DNA from: Lophium mytilinum
Lineage: Eukaryota
Reading direction: 5' to 3'
NCBI GenBank assembly: GCA_010093605.1
Contig: MU004192.1
Span: 194,882-258,881 of the forward strand
Length of the DNA stretch: 64,000 nt
The notes beneath the pieces were generated by a model that was given only the letters and a program-made list of their open reading frames with translations, ran no database searches and was not told the origin of the DNA. Position 1 is the stretch's first letter. The number at the start of each line of letters is the position of its first letter. A program made the position numbers and the translations under genes. This document shows positions 51,751 through 64,000 of the stretch, in pieces.

Positions 51751-52939
51751 ATGTCTGGCTTCGTTGCTATCAACGCACCTAGCAACTCCAACCCGCCCTC
51801 CCCTCGTTCGGAGTCTCCCGGAACCTCTGACAAAGTCATCAAATCTGTGGAGCAGATGCTCCCAGAACGCCCGAGTGGTAAGTGCTACATACGCGAGTAG
51901 CAAAGTAACGGACACTAAACTATAATAGGAGACCCAAACAACAATGATGACAACAACCATCCACTCTCCCCCCCTCGCGAGGCCTCCCCATCCAAGCTCA
52001 CGCCCATCTCGACGACCGCCCCCCTCGCCGAAGGCACTGCTGGGCCCACCCCCGAACCTTCTGAACACGAGGACGCATCTATGGAGGGGAGCGTAGACGG
52101 TGACACTACTATGAACGAATCCATGGGGAATACCACCATCGACACTTCTATGGAGGAGGACTCTCTTGCTATGTCTTCGGAGCATGCCACTCTAGACGCT
52201 ACTGGCAAGGAAGAGTCTGTCACCGACGACCAGCCCTCGACCGTGATGACTAAGGAACAAGCCCGTGCTAGTAAGTCACCCCGACATCCCCCTCAAAATA
52301 CATTCGCTAACCTTCGCCTTCCCCAAAGACCGCGAGTTTGAGTGCGTCTTCAACCCCAAGGGCCAGTGCAATACCGGCCAGTACACCATGGACCTCGCCC
52401 GCAAGACCATCTCGCACCACTTCGGCCGCAACAAGGCCTGCACGCGCGCCATCAAGGGCTGGCCCATGTACTGCCGCAAGCACTACCAGCGCGGCTGCTA
52501 CGGGAAGCACCAGTGGCAGATGACCAAGATCGACCTGATCAAGCACATGTTCAAGAAGATCGAGAGCCAGTACCCGGGCATCGAATACACCATCGCGATG
52601 AAGAAGTCTGAGGAGAAGCGCATCAACGAGTATGCGCGCGAGCAGGCTTTCCCGAACGCCAAGGAGTACAAGTGGGCGGACACTCCGTCGTGCATCCCCA
52701 CCAAGGGCGAGGCCCAAGAGGCGCCTATGAGCCTGCTAATCAAGCTCCAGGGCCGCATGGGCCCGGATAGGGACATGAAGTTCTGCCGCGAGACGGTCAA
52801 TATCATCAAGAAGGAGATTGAAGCGGATACAACTGACAAGCTGGAGCTCCCGAACATCGAGTTCCTTCCTCAGATCCCGGTCCTTCGTTCGCCGAAGAGC
52901 CGTGTTACCGCCAAGGGTGGCATTCAGAAGCCCCAGTAG
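51751..52939 (+). CDS. Conserved fungal protein with Cys/His motif (ORP1-like family); 3 exons
   Basis: ATG at 51,751. Introns ~51,878-51,928 and ~52,271-52,328. Motif C..C...RKTISHHFGRNKACT...WPMYCRKHYQR...ELPNIEFLP. Strong codon bias in exon 3. Confidence 0.75.
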
Positions 52940-54152
52940 GCGCTTCCAGATGCTTCGATTGCAGCTGTTTGTGGGCATTGCGTGGCACGGGTTCCATTGT
53001 GGGGTTTGGCAAAGGTGATGTTGATGCGACTGCTTGTGGGAGTCCTAAGTTGACACCCTTACTTCTGTTCGGCAATACCAGACTCTCCCTTCCTTGGACG
53101 GCATCCTTGGACTATACCCTTCTGGCAGTTGGTTTTCACGGAGATGAATTGGGCGTAGGATACTTGTGATCCTCGGCGGGCGGATGACTTCCTTCCTTAC
53201 TTTTCTTCACTTTGTCTTCTTCTACTACTTTTCATAACTGTCAGCTTTCCTTGTGTCTTTATGACGGGTCGCCAGCGTCAAGTATCGTGCGCATGTACAC
53301 AAGCATAGACTACCTTTCGACATTGCGGAGATGCTCTCTGTAAGATAAGGAAGGTCGACGTACACGCGAACGAGGTATTTGGCATGGCATGGCATTCTCT
53401 GGCGTTGGGGTATACCCATGGGTTGGATTATTTCGCGAACTTGGCACGAGTAGGGCGATGGTGTTAGGTATCCGTCGGCGCCTTTGTGGATAGGTAGCGG
53501 ATAGTTCATGGACTTGGTGAATCCAATTGGTTTCACCATCTAACTCGTTCCTCATGTCAGAGCAATGCTCTGTCACAACCCTGTGAAATCTATAATACTT
53601 CGTCCCATCAGTTCCCCACAGTGAGATTACGGAGTCGGCGCCGGCCTCCTGGGCCTGGTGACCCCTGCACCATGCCGATCTCCCGCACTCCCTGTCAGCC
53701 CTACCCCCCACATTTCCTCAACCCCACTGTCCTCTCACCAGATCTTACCAAGTTCATGCCATCCCGAGGCTATCCCTGCGCAATGTTCCATACCCAACAT
53801 GACCTGATCTTCTCTCTTCACTGACCTCACTACTTTCACACTCATATCACGTAACAAACCCAACATCCAGTATCAGATATTATTACAATTGAACCGACTT
53901 GATGCACCTCTGCAGCAAGCATGCGAGAGCCTCCAAAACCAAGAAGCTTCTCGTCCAGAAAACGCCTCAGCCCGCAAACCCATGCCCGAGCCTCGCAATA
54001 GGCTAAAGCTCAATGCTGCCCTAGAATATCCAGTAGAAGCAACTGTCCAGACCAGTAGCCGAACCCCGAAAGCCTACCAGAAAGTTCCGTGAAATAGCAT
54101 AATCGAAGGAAATCACGATCATCAACCATTGACCTTAACCTACGCCGAGGAT

Positions 54153-57100
54153 CTACTTCCCCAAAAACCCCCTCAGCGCACTCTCCACCTTCCCCTCATC
54201 CATCTCATCCGTCTCTTCCACACCCGCGCCCATGCCAGCACTGACAGACTGCACGACCCTCTGCACCAGTGGCGAAGCAGGCGGCGGCACAGCGCTCGAC
54301 CGCATGCTCCCCGCCTTCTCCGTGCCATTGTTCTCAGCAGCGCTCCCGTTCCCATTTACGTGCAGCGGCGACGCCGAATGCGTCCCCTGCCCTTGCCCAT
54401 ACGCGTGTCCATTCGCAGCAGCCACACCCGCGCCTGCATTCCCAGTCCCCACTCCAAGCGCCTTCTCCTGCGCCTTCTCCCTGTCCCGCTTCTTCTTCTG
54501 CACAAGCGTGCCTTTCACGCCCCTGAGGTACTTAGCGGCGTTTTCTACGAGTTCACGGCTCTCCGTACTGTTCTTGAGCGCTTCAAGCATGTCCCGCACC
54601 TGCGTCTCCGAGTGGATGTGCGGACACGTGCGCTGGGTACCGTAGTGCGCCATGCCGCAAAGGCCGCAGTGTTCGACGTCAGCTAGCTTGAGCGAGCACG
54701 CGCCGGGTGGGTGCTGCAGGCGGCATGCTTGGCAAGGCGGGAGAGTCTGCGCCATGTAGGGGTCGAGAGGGGGCGCGATGGGGAGGGCGGATCGGACGAA
54801 GGGTTTGACTGCAATGTGTTTGTTAATAGGGCGTGTGTTTTCCTCGGTGTCTGAGAGGACGATGGGGGTAGAGGCGGAGTTGTTGATGAGGGGAGTGGGT
54901 TTCTTTTGCTTGTTTTGAAGGGGTTGGGGTATGATGGGGAGAGAAACGCGGCCACGACCGAGTTTGAAGCCGAACGGGTTCTTGACGCCCTTGAGTCCAT
55001 TCGGTCTGCTGCCGAGTGGGACAAACACGGGTGTCGGTAGACCGTTCTGCTTCTTGACTGGCGTTCTTGCTGTGGCGACTTTACCGTTGCGTGGAGAGGG
55101 GGCGAGAGTTGAAGAAGAAGAGGTGTGTTTACCAGCTGAGTTGTGCTTGGGGGAATAGTTGGCGCCGGCTATTCCGCCTTGCTTTTTGGTCCGCTCCATC
55201 CCTACCAACTCTTGCATGAGAACAGGCTCATCTTCATCAGGGCTTTCGTCAGCGTCTTCCACGTCCGTGTGTTCTGCCTGGAAGTCGGTGTCAGAGGACT
55301 CATCTAGAGCCTTTTTGCGCCCCTTAGGTTTGGCGGGTGATACGCCATAGCCATCGCCATTAGCATCCTGCTCGTTGACGTTGTAATTGACAACTCCCCT
55401 CTGAACACGTTTACCCCTACCAAAAGCTTCTGCCCTCGCAAGTGCCTCTGCCGCTCTGGTAGCCTCTCGCTCCTTCAGAATCTTTTCCCATACCGACGGA
55501 TCCGGAGGTGTCTCATCTGGTGCTTCAATGTCCTTAAGTAGCGTACCCTGATCGTTGGCCCATACTCTGGCGAAACTGAATTGCGATTCGGCGGAGTCGT
55601 CTTCGCCCGCCTTGGTGTTCTCGATCTGGCTGCGGTCAAGAAGCTTGTCGATGGACGCGTCGTCGTATCGAATGTCGTGGTCGGTGCCGTCATCCTTGAA
55701 TAGTTCCGCTGCCCCGTGCTTTAGGACAGACTCGACGTCGTGTTCCTCCATATCATCGGCATCTAGCTGTTCTACGACGACATGGTCCAGCGCCATCTTC
55801 TTTCGGCCAATCTGGACTATCTTTTCTTCGGCGCTGGCACGGATCATGAACTGGAAGCAGAGAACCTTCTTCTTCTGTCCGATGCGATGAGCACGTGACA
55901 AGGCCTGGATATCCTGATGGGGGTTGAAGTCCGGGTCGAGGATGATGACAGTGTCTGCGGTGGCAAGATTGATACCTACTCCGCCAGCCCGTGTTGACAG
56001 CAGGAAGGCGAAGAGCGGCGAATCTGGCGCGTTGAATTTGTCAATACGCTTCTGCTTCTCTAAAGACCCAATACTTCCATCAAGACGTCCGTACTGCATC
56101 TGAAGGCCGTCGAGGAAGTCTTCCATAATATCAAGCATGTCGAGAAACTGGCTGAATATGAGTACCCTATGCCCTCGTTCCTTCAGCTTGGGCAGCAATA
56201 GATCTAGGAGCTGGAGTTTCGCGGATGCTTCCACCAGGTTGCGGTGAGAGGCGGTAGCGACATCCGTGCGCTCTTCGATGGCACGACTGTAGACGAAGGG
56301 ATGGCACAAGCACTTTCGGAGTTGTATGAGAATATTACTTAAGCTCGCGCGCTCCTTAGGATTAAGCGTGGTGGCTGCTGTTGAAAAGAGGGCCTTGAGC
56401 AAATCCGGGCTCTTCGAGAGGATGGACTTGTAGACCTGCTTTTGGAGCACGCTCATCGATATTGGCACGATGATCTGGCCCATGGGCGGAAGAAAAGTCA
56501 AGACTTGAGCTTTGGTTCGACGTAGAATGTAAGGGCGGATAAGGTCGTGCAAACTCTTGATGTTCTCGTTGGTCATCTCAGCGTACTCTTCTTCGAGCTC
56601 GGCAGCCTTGTTCGTGTCGTCAAGGAACTGTAAGAGGTTGAATAGTTCTCTAGCATTATTTTGAAGGGGAGTTCCTGTCAACAAAACTCTGAAGGGAGCC
56701 CTGACAGCATTCAAGGCAGCGTAAAGTTGCGACTTGTCGTTCTTCAACCGCTGGCCCTCGTCGACAATGAGTCCAGCCCAGGACACACCTCGAAAGAACT
56801 TGCGACAGGAGTCATCAGCTGCAGCATCGTAAGATGTAACAACGACGTGGCAGCGAAGATCTTTTGACTTTTCCGGATACATCTCGTATTGGTAGGCCAT
56901 ACTTCTTGCTTTGCTTGATCCGAAATACGTGACTACGCGAAGAGCTGGTGCCCACTGTTTGATCTCGCGTCGCCAGTTCGCGCAAGTGGAGTTCGGAACG
57001 ACCACCAAGAACGGGAAGCAGTTGTGGTCCTGTACTAGAGTAGCTAGAAAAGCTATCACTTGAATCGTCTTTCCCAGACCCATCTCGTCGGCGAGAATTC

Positions 57101-59724
57101 CGTTCTTGAGGGAATGCCACTGGTAGTAGAGCCAGTTCAAGCCCTCGATTTGGTATTTCATCAACTCGCCGCCAATCAAGTTTTCCGGCTGCTTTTGTTT
57201 TTCGAGTTTTGAAAACGGCACGGCCCTCGCCTTGTCGAGCCTTGCTTTCATGGGTCCTTGCTTCGGGATCTTGACATACCGTCCGGCAACCCAGTCGTTA
57301 TACGCCGTGACGAAGTCGATCCAACGGTCCCCGTCCTCGGAAGTTGGTACCTTCTCCCATACTGCATCCTCATAGCCGAGCCCTTTGTACTTCATGAGAG
57401 CTGTGTCAACCTCCTTGATGCGGGCCTTGTCAATGTCTTCCGTACGAACATCAACATAACTGGTAAATTTGACATCCAACACGATATCGATTCGCAGGAA
57501 CTCTTCCGGGATCGCATCTTCGGTTCTCATCTTCGCCCCTTGATCCTTGTTGTTAAACGCTTTGCGCATGGCGAAACCCGTCACACCCCAAGTCCAGGCT
57601 CCTGACTGCCACGTTGCTCGGAAGTAGGACTGTTTTTCCCATTTTACGAGGTACTGCTTGTCGTCTTCGTTTACGGTAGCGCATGGGGTGCCTGGGTAAT
57701 ACTCGTCGACATCAACCGGCCTCCAGGCAATGAGACCTGAAACAGTACGATCCTTATTGTCGTCACAGTCCTTACAACGCCATGTCTTGGAGTATTCATG
57801 GAAGCGCTCTTCTGCTGTTTCCTCCTCGTCACGCGAAATGTCCATGGTGTATGCAGAAAGCGCGGGCAAATGGTGGTAATGGAACGCCCTCCAGCATCCC
57901 ATACAGCGAAATAAGACGTTGCTGGCCTGGTTGACTAGTCTAGGGTCCACGTTCGTGATAGGGTCCTCGCCGCCGTTATCGTTTCTCTCCTTCTGCTCCT
58001 GCGCAGTCGTCGTTCTCTCTCGGAAAGGCGAGCATGCAGCTCCGACCTCCTGACACTCTTGGCACAGCGACAAATCGGGTGCTGTTGGGTCCTTCCTTTG
58101 TGGTACATTCACGCAGCGTCTGCATTGCAGGACGAAATCTCCATCGCCGATCTTGGTGACAAGGTGTTCCCTCCCACTGCGATTCCCCAGGCAGGATTTG
58201 TGATATGAGAGGGAGCATCCTTGACAATGTACCAGCGGGCCGTCCTGCGTACCTTTACCGCAAGTCTCACAGCCGTCAACGTGGAGTGTTCGGAACGGGT
58301 TATTGCTCGGGATCGGCTTGAACACCTCTTTCACGCTGACAACCTTGGGCGCGTTTGGCTGGGACCGCTCAGAATCAGAACGGTAGACATCGTCTAGGCC
58401 TGCCTCTTGCATGTTCTTCTGGGCTCGTGTCGATCGGTCGGATTGCCGATAGCCCGTTCGGGGGATTTTCTCGTCTTTTGCAGTAAAAGTCCGGCCGCGC
58501 TTTCGTTTCAAAGAGGTGACATCTGATCTAAGGATGTTCATGCTGTCGGAGCTCTCTTGCAATTCATCCATATCCTCCTCACTAGAACGAGGTGCATTGC
58601 GCTGACGCTCAGAACGACGTGGCTCAACTGAACGGCCGCTTGGAGCTGTGCGGGTGCTTCGCCCGTTCCGGGCAGCCCGCCCACGGGTCGGTCGTCCGCG
58701 AATCGGTCGTGCTTCAGAACTCTCGCTTCCGCCGGAGGAGATGGACTCCACGGTAATTTGGCTTCGTGATCTGGTGCTCGTCTGTCTTCCACGGGTGCGC
58801 CGCGACGGTCCGGCTTCGGCTATCAGCTCATCTTCGTCGCCAGAGAGATTCATCTTGGATATGTCGAGGTATCCCGGTTGTCGCGCAGACTTGCGTGCGG
58901 GACGCAAATCCATGGCTGGAGCCTCACTTCCAGAACCTGAGGCTTCTTCGGAGCTGACCTTGTTGTTATACTTCTCGAGAGCAATGGGTCCGTCGTCTGT
59001 AGCGATGAGCTGTTCGAACGGCAGCTTAAAAGTTGTCAGTGTACGCAGACGGAGTTGGAGATGGAGTTGTGTGGTGCTTCATGAAAGTGTGAAAGGTCTA
59101 GAGCGAGGTGTAGTTGGATATATATGGCAGTGAGAGGTGGATGGTGGCAGAGACAAGCGGGGTGATGAAACGAAGAAGTAACCGAGACTCTTGAATGTTA
59201 AGGCTCAAGACGGCAGCAACTTGGAGCAGGCGTGGAAGAACAGAGATGGATGAGACATGAAGGTGAGGAGAGGCAAGAATTGTGGAAGTGCCTGGGTCTA
59301 GCTAGAAGCAACGGAGGTTGTATGGAGGAGGTGAGGGCGAGAGGGAAATATTTAAATTTAGCTCGAGACATACCACTACTCTCCGCCCATCCGTAAATAA
59401 GGCGGCGTACATGAGTGTGCCATCGGACTGCTCATAGTCTCGGAGCACGGCCTCCACAACGTCCTCAGGGTCTGAATAGTACTCGAATTCCTCCGGATTC
59501 TTGAGCGGTGTTACTTCGACCGCAATAGCTCTCCGAACAACCTGCGAGCGCGACGAAGATGCGACCACCTCTACTTCGTCACTTTCCGAGGAACTGGGGT
59601 CCGATATGAACATGCCCGGCGATAATGACGGTCGTTTCGACGACGCGGCGCGCGACGTTGTTTGTGAAGTTCCACTGCGAGCTTTGCGGCCAAGAAAGCT
59701 ATTTCCTGCCCGTATGCTCGCCAT
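54153..59724 (-). CDS. mit1: Mit1/Mi-2-like CHD chromatin remodeler (PHD fingers, chromodomains, SNF2 ATPase, C-terminal Zn finger); 2 exons (59,724-59,374; 59,024-54,153), ~1,740 aa
   Basis: CETC..CQGCSLSYHKSC PHD, YLVKW and MKYKGLGYEDAVWE chromodomains, GILADEMGLGKT, DEGQ, LTGTPLQNN, LSTRAGGVGINL, QALSRAHRIGQ, CGLCGMAH..C. GTATGT...CTGAC...AAG phase-0 intron joins ORF 59,302-59,724 in frame. Confidence 0.92.
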
Positions 59725-60093
59725 TATAACTGCTCTCGCGTGTGATTGTAATTGCCGCTCGAGGGCGTGATTGCGGGATGCGACGCGTAGGGAGTGTTAT
59801 CGTAGTGGGGAGTTCATTGAGGTTCCAAAGACTGAAGAGGACAAGTCAATAGCTTTCTTTCACCTAGAGGGTATTCAGGAAGTCTATCTACCTGCTCTAC
59901 TGACATGCAAAGTCTCCTCGGGCGTTGGCGGTTGTAAAGACAGGGAGTGCTGGTGGAGGTTTGCGACGAGACGAAGATGGACGCGATGAAGGATGTGGTC
60001 TGTGCGAGAGTGGCCCAAATTTATTTGCGACTGCGAGCTATATCGTCTACATCACCACCCCCATACCACTTCTCCGCCAACAATGCCACGGTC

Positions 60094-62338
60094 ATGCTAA
60101 GATCCTCCTCATCTCTCAGAGCCGAACTCGTACACCATTTGCGAGTCGCCCGCTGTTCAAATGTTCGCCATATAACCACCAATACTGCCATCGCGAGGGC
60201 CCTCTCCAAACCCTCGATCCCCCTTGGGGCCGAGCGCTCCTCAAAGCCCAGATATAGCGTCGGTTCTCCGTCCCGGGCTGTTGAAGGTCGTGGGAGCAGT
60301 AGAGGAGGAAGACGATCGACCAGGAGCACGCCTAGAGACGATCGGTCGCCTCCACGCGACTCTTTTGAATGGACCGGGCGAGCGAGTAATAAGAAGAGTA
60401 TATCCCCAATTGCCATCAGCGAAGCGCAAAGGAGATCAAACGTTGCCTCGAAGCGGAAGATTGGCAGAGCTCCGCCAGCACAGAGCGACAGCGTTCGATA
60501 CTATGCCAGCAGAGAAAAAGCGCTAGTAGATAGGACGAGTTATAATCCTGACACGAAATTTTTCAGAGGGAGAGATATCCTAGGAGACAGACGGAGGGAT
60601 GCTTTCTCTTCGGAAAGGTTTGACGAGGATAGAGCGCCAGAACAGCCGCGTTCGTTTCCAGAGCCGCGATATGAGGGCAGCTCCAGAAGTAGCCACCGAG
60701 GCGTAAGAGCTGAAAGGGAAACACCATCAAAACGGACTCGTCCGTTTCCGGAAAACCTAGAAATTGTGCACGAGGGACCAACCTCGAGGCTATTCGTGCA
60801 TAAACCTAAATACCGTTCGGAGGATACAGAGGACGGTTATTTTGGACATCTACTTGATGGAGTAAGAGGGAAGAGGGATATACCACAGGCGCGAAATTAT
60901 AAAGATGATCGCCAAGAAACACAGAAGCCTCATGAAGCTCGTGCCCTTTTAGGGGAGTGGGACCAAGATAGCTCAGAAATAGTGACCGAAGACCGAAATC
61001 GTAGGGCCACCTCTCATTCTAGAGAAGAAGACGCTTCATACAGCCTGAAAACGAGGACCTCAGAACCTATTGTGCCTCCAAGAGAGTCGGCCCGGGCATT
61101 TGTTGTTCCTAGGAGCATCCCCTACACCACAGCAGCCTCCGAGTTCTTGTACGGCTATAGTGTTGTCCTTGCTGCTATCAAGGCTCACCGCAGGAAGCTA
61201 TATAAAATATATATTCATCCTCGGGCGGAGCGTAACGAAGGCTACGCAGTTTTGGACAGGCTCGCAGGGAAGGCGGGAATTAATATCGAGCAGGTGGACG
61301 ATTCCTGGCTCCCTCTCATGGATAAGATGAGTAGCGGGAGACCTCATAATGTAAGAGATGATTCTTCCTTCCTCTTGCTTTCTTATATCCTAGAAATATC
61401 CTTGTTCCCTCGGTTGTTTTCCTAGGTAAAACTACTTGTGAAACCATTCATCCCCAAATTGCACATGTATACCTCATCACCGACCGAATCTCCCCCAACC
61501 TAGCCCTACCACCCACTAACAACTCCAGGGCTGCATCGTTGAAGCTTCCCCCCTCCCCCGTCCGCCCATCGCGAGCCTCGGCGCGGCCTCGATGGAATCT
61601 AACACCTTCAGAGTAACGCTCTCTCACCAAAGCCGCGAAGACGCCGACATAAACGGCTCGGAAGAGTACTACAGCTACCCGTCCTCCGGCTGGCGCCACC
61701 CGTTCGTCCTCTACGCCGACGGCGTCACCGACGAAGGCAACCTCGGCGGCATCATCCGCGCCGCCTACTTCCTCGGCGTTGACGCCATCGCCCTCCCCAC
61801 CCGCACTTCCGCGCCCCTCACCCACGTCGCCCTAAAAGCGTCCGTAGGCGCCGCCGAGGCCATCCCCATCTTCGCCATCGCAGATCCGACGGGCTTTATG
61901 AAAGACTCCAGCGAAGCAGGCTGGCGGATCTACGCCTCTGACGCGCCCACTCCTATCGCTTCAGCGCCCGGGGGCTTTGGCACCCAATTCGACCTCACCG
62001 CGGCGTCTGTGAGGAAACGCGAGCGAGACCGCGAACTCGCAGAGCAAGCGGGCAGCGGCCTCGTTTCGTTCTCGTTCAAAGGCGGGAAGCCGTTCCAACA
62101 CGCCCACCCGCTCGCTCGGCATCCGACCATCCTGATGCTCGGGAGTGAGGGCAGCGGCATCAAGTCGAGTCTGATGGCCAGGGCGCATTTCAAGGTGGGC
62201 ATTAGGGGCGCGAGGCTGATCGATGAGGTGGGCGTCGATAGCTTGAATGTTAGTACGGCGGCGGCGGTTTTGTGTGGGGAGTTTATGCGGAGGCCTCCGG
62301 CTCCGGATAAGAGTGGTGAGGAGGGGTTCTTGTTTTGA
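60094..62338 (+). CDS. MRM1: Mitochondrial rRNA 2'-O-methyltransferase (SpoU/TrmH family); 2 exons (60,094-61,350; 61,529-62,338)
   Basis: IPYTTAASEFLYGYSVV, MDKMSSGRPHN/GCIVEASPLP across the GTAAGA...CTAAC...CAG intron, DEGNLGGIIRAAYFLG, LMLGSEGSG, VDSLNVSTAAA. Arg/Ser-rich presequence-like N-terminus. Confidence 0.92.
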
Positions 62339-63059
62339 GAGTGAGAAGTTAGATGTATGCATTGGGTGGGTGTTAGGAAAGGTGTAGAATACTGTAGTAT
62401 ATTGGGTAGATGGTGTATCATATTGTATCTAAGCGCGTAACTAGATATGCATACTGGTCAATTTGCACCGAAATCGGGTGAGACGCTGCGGCTACGCATC
62501 GCCGCAGCTTTGTAGAGAGAATCCAAATCCACAGATATAGCCGGGTTAAACAGCGTCATTGCGGGCGCATATTTCCACGGCACTGGAGATGCTTGACGGG
62601 TCCGGTGCGGTTCACAGTCTCGTGGAAAAGGGTTGAGCACGTGATGTCTATGTGTCTTGTGACACGTAACCTGAATCTTTATATATAAGCGTCGTCCTCG
62701 CCATTTAGACCAGTTGCACAAGAAGAGGCGGACAGGATCCTGATCAAAAATCCGGCAGTTCCGATTCATAGCATTGGGGCCGGCGGAAGGTTCAAAACCG
62801 GTACCAGAATGGTTTAATGGTTTGGGGAGGAGGGTTGGGGCTTGCAAAATGCCAGTGGAGATACTGCATGGAGTAGGAGGCGTGGTTTGTAGTCTGTGAT
62901 GATGATGACGACGAGGATCATTTCCCGTAGGTAGTGAAATTGTATAGGTGGCAGCATTGAGGTGGTGGTTAGCGTTTGTTGCAATGGCGGGGAGGATGAC
63001 TATATTTCGCTACTCTCGAGAAGCAAGATATGTTGACGGTGTTCATCATCTGCGGGTGG

Positions 63060-63950
63060 CGTGCAGAGGTGGCTCCTAACACTTTGGCCGCTTTTGTTGG
63101 AAGAACTTACGAATCTACCTGTGTGGAAATTTGGTTTTGCGGACGCGGCGTGTATGTTATATAACCTCAGGGAGCTTGATAGTTGAACGTTTTCTACAGC
63201 GGTAACATCGGGCTATGGCTCAATTATTACGAAGGTATGAATAGGCGTTGCGTGAAGCACCTCTTCGACGCTTTGGCCGACTTTGTCGGAAGAAGTTACA
63301 GATTGAACCGTGTGATCATTAGTTTCGTAGACGCGGCGCGGACGAAATGTAGCTTACGCGTAGTCCCAAATCAATTCTAATAGAATCTCGCGAATAAGGA
63401 TAGTATCTTCCATGCGTTAGAAAGTGCTCTGCCTCTGTACTAGAACGTCTCCTCCACGCTTTGATCGCCTTTGTTGGATAAAGTTACAGATCTAACCGTG
63501 TGATAGTTTGGTTTGCGGACTTGGGGTGTATAAAGCTTGCCTCCTCGTGCTTTATATTTTGGCGCCTTCTATAAAGTTGATAATGGAAACCGATTTACCT
63601 GTTAGCAAGCTTTAATTAAACACTGCGTGATTTTGGACGCTTTGGCCGGCTTTGTTGGAAAGAGTCATAGATCGAACCGTATGATCATCGATTTCGTAAA
63701 CGGGGGGCGGACGAAGTGTAGCCTACACACGGTCGCAAAGTCCTTCGAACGTAAGGTCCTGAAATACGTCCATGGTTTACGGGATTCGAGGGGACTGCTG
63801 AATCACGTTGTGGGGTGATTCTATCACGCTTTGGTGGCTTTAGTGAGAAGATGTTACAGATCGAACCGTGTGATCGTTTATTTTTTGGGCAACGGAGCGT
63901 AGATGAAATGTGGCCTACGCCGGACTTTAGATCACTTTCGATTCCTAAGC
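63060..63950. repeat. Degenerate tandem repeat, at least 5 units of ~181-189 bp
   Basis: Core CTTTGGCCGxCTTTGTTGGAAGAAGTTACAGATCxAACCGTGTGATC recurs at 63,082, 63,271, 63,459, 63,640 and 63,829. Confidence 0.85.
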
Positions 63951-64000
63951 CCTCATATGTGGGCGAGGTACTTCAGCCCGTGGAAGTTAACGCGAGATAT

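Noticed and set aside
59947..60093. Upstream in-frame extension of MRM1 shown in the ORF track
   Set aside because: The ATG at 60,094 starts a presequence-like peptide. The extension begins at a non-ATG codon in the divergent promoter shared with mit1, although an ATG near 59,977 cannot be excluded.
54129..62421. Antisense and alternate-frame ORFs overlapping mit1 and MRM1
   Set aside because: Expected shadows of GC-rich coding sequence with no independent evidence.

Overview
Filamentous ascomycete (Pezizomycotina-type) genomic window in two parts. (1) 1 to ~44,870 is an AT-rich, TpA-enriched block of RIP-mutated transposon relics. It holds the 3' end of a Tad1-like LINE, a truncated Ty3/Gypsy element, and a complete chromodomain Gypsy element whose two 200-bp LTRs (7,846-8,045 and 42,890-43,089, TAACC target-site duplication) lie 35 kb apart. 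They are that far apart because a ~26.6-kb DNA element (15,025-41,629) is inserted in the gag ORF. That element has short imperfect terminal inverted repeats, a 2-bp TSD (AG), clustered subterminal TGCGCA-like motifs, a central Plavaka (CACTA/EnSpm-like) transposase and roughly ten cargo gene relics, several with introns. The cargo includes a complete SNF2-family ATPase and DUF6532-like genes. It appears to be a giant gene-carrying transposon with a DDE-type transposase rather than a Starship-type tyrosine recombinase. (2) ~44,870 to 64,000 is ordinary gene-rich sequence: a MOV10/SDE3-like RNA helicase, an ORP1-like protein, a Mit1/Mi-2-like CHD remodeler, the mitochondrial rRNA methyltransferase MRM1 and a degenerate ~189-bp tandem repeat. 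All protein motifs in the RIP block were translated by hand and read through RIP-induced stops. Family calls rest on motif recognition, not database searches.
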